A stretch of 64,000 nt of DNA from an archaeon (GTDB lineage Archaea > Iainarchaeota > Iainarchaeia > Iainarchaeales > JAAZKV01), in contig JBAZKP010000003.1 in NCBI GenBank assembly GCA_041650735.1, forward strand, positions 25,823 to 89,822, given 5' to 3'. This document shows, piece after piece, positions 62,660-64,000 of the stretch; position 1 is the first letter of the stretch, and every line of letters begins with the position of its first letter. The translations under genes were made by a program, and so were the position numbers. The notes beneath the pieces are model-generated. The model saw only the letters and a program-made list of their open reading frames with translations. It was not told the DNA's origin and did no database searches.

Positions 62660-64000
62660 TTAAGATGCTGGTTGTATGTTTGGTGATTTGTCTTCGCTTA
62701 CCATTTGCCAGAATGCAAGTACTTTCAGGAATTTATCAGCTTCTTTTTCCCCTACTTTGAATACTTTTTTCACTGATTCTTTTGTTAGTTTCCCGCTTGA
62801 GGAGTTTCTTTCCGCCACTAATTTTGTAACTTTGTCTTTTAATGCTCCGTTGTATTCTTTTGCTTCTTTTTCCAGTCCTGGTCTTATCTCATCCCAATCA
62901 TACAGCATTGTTGCTATTACTAGTCCTTCTTCTGCTCCACCAATTTTGCTTCCATCAACAATTGTGTAATTGTAAATTAATTCTTCAATTTTGCTGTCCT
63001 TTAGTGTTGAAATTTGTTTTTGATATTCTTTTTCTTCGTAAGGATACTTGTAATCAAGCATACTGTTTTTTGCAGCAGCCATATCTGTTTTTAGTTTCCA
63101 TAAGCTTAGTGGTCTTTCTGATGGATCTTTTTCTTTAGGATTAATTGCTTGCCATGTAATTACTTTGCCGTTGTTAGCGCTAATTTTTGTGCTCATTTCT
63201 TTTGCATCTTTAACAGGATCTTTTTCATTTAATACTATGCTCCATTCTCCAAGGGTTTTAGTAATCTTTAATTCGTATTGCTTGTTTTTTGTTAAAGCCA
63301 TGTCTTGGTTAAGGAGTTTGAATGATTTTTTCTTCAAAGCATCCATTTCTCCGTTTAATTCTTTCTCATAAGCCCATTCGCCGGCAGCGTTTGCTAAGAA
63401 TGCACAGCCAATTCCTTTAGCGAGATTCACTCCTGCTGAGCGCAGCCTGTTGTTCATGCTGATTTTTTGTGCTTCTGCCTCTAAAGCTTTTATTTTGCCC
63501 TTAACTGTTTTATTAGAATTCTCTTTCACAATCTTCGCCATCCCATCCAAATTTGCTGAGCTTACTTCAACACCAAATATGTCGTCAACCAATCCACTGA
63601 CATCAAATTTGGCTGTTGCTTTTGCATCCTCTCCAAGTACATATTTTCTTTCTTTTATCCTATCCCACGCTGAGCTAGTCATATCTTTCCCGGTTGCTCT
63701 TTTATACAAGGATTTAACTTGTGCCTCAATTTTTGATACTTGGGTTGTATTATTTTTTCCTGTTGCACTGTCCCTAATCAGATTAGTCAAGTCATTCTGG
63801 AATGAAGTTCTTTCTTTTAATATTACCATGTTAGTTATAGCTGTTTTCAAAGCTTTTGATTGGGTGCTGCTCCCATTAACTTTTAGCAAGAGATCATCCA
63901 TCGAATCTGTGGGGTCTGCGCCAATTAATTTGTGCAACCATGTTGAGCCACTCGAGTCAGCTTCAAGCAGGATTTTTACAAATTCTTCGTCCGCTGCTTT
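62660..64000 (-). CDS. Hypothetical large protein, 5'-truncated by the window edge
   Basis: The track ORF starts at a TTG (63937). The frame remains open to position 64000 (KAADEEFVKILLEADSSGSTW... precedes it), so the gene continues beyond the window. It is mostly K/E-rich and helical with one short hydrophobic patch 'GIGCAFLANAAG'. Confidence 0.7.
   Translation of the reverse strand, partial: KAADEEFVKILLEADSSGSTWLHKLIGADPTDSMDDLLLKVNGSSTQSKALKTAITNMVILKERTSFQNDLTNLIRDSATGKNNTTQVSKIEAQVKSLYKRATGKDMTSSAWDRIKERKYVLGEDAKATAKFDVSGLVDDIFGVEVSSANLDGMAKIVKENSNKTVKGKIKALEAEAQKISMNNRLRSAGVNLAKGIGCAFLANAAGEWAYEKELNGEMDALKKKSFKLLNQDMALTKNKQYELKITKTLGEWSIVLNEKDPVKDAKEMSTKISANNGKVITWQAINPKEKDPSERPLSLWKLKTDMAAAKNSMLDYKYPYEEKEYQKQISTLKDSKIEELIYNYTIVDGSKIGGAEEGLVIATMLYDWDEIRPGLEKEAKEYNGALKDKVTKLVAERNSSSGKLTKESVKKVFKVGEKEADKFLKVLAFWQMVSEDKSPNIQPAS

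Noticed and set aside
1-64000. Scan for CRISPR arrays, rRNA genes, transposases or integrases (especially next to the three tRNAs) and long direct or terminal inverted repeats.
   Set aside because: I found no regularly spaced short repeats, no rRNA-like conserved blocks and no integrase or transposase motifs. The only repeats noticed are coding tandem units inside surface-protein genes.

Overview
The window is AT-rich and reads as an archaeal chromosome segment, probably from a small-genome, DPANN-like organism. Supporting evidence includes a family-B DNA polymerase, a type-2 methionine aminopeptidase, four proteins with class III (archaeal type IV pilin-like) signal peptides, a tRNA with a bulge-helix-bulge intron, and TATA-like boxes upstream of genes. 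All domain calls come from motif recognition by eye, because no searches could be run.

Positions 1-33 kb carry housekeeping genes. These are Dus, TspO, IMPDH, an ABC-2 exporter pair, an SF2 helicase, PurF, an HxlR regulator, an APC permease, a co-linear tRNA-His/hisS/hisG/hisIE block, MetAP and PolB. Interspersed with them are four paralogous pilin-like proteins that carry different C-terminal adhesin-type modules.

Positions 33.9-64 kb form one uninterrupted minus-strand block. It is dominated by three paralogous giant membrane-anchored surface proteins of about 2511, 2873 and 2420 aa, which together take 37% of the window. Around them lie five small polytopic membrane proteins, a PIN/antitoxin pair, another membrane protein, a 480-aa protein with a pilin-like N-terminus, and a large protein that runs off the window edge. 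No described system that I know of matches this block, and it is the main candidate for something new.

Other notable points:
- Two tRNAs have a non-canonical UGC T-loop.
- One tRNA-Arg carries a 72-nt intron.
- One protein is a HerA-like ATPase with a degenerate Walker A motif.
- One pilin gene has a conserved signal peptide but no canonical start codon upstream.
- Several small genes are missing from the ORF track.

I saw no CRISPR array, transposase, integrase or rRNA.
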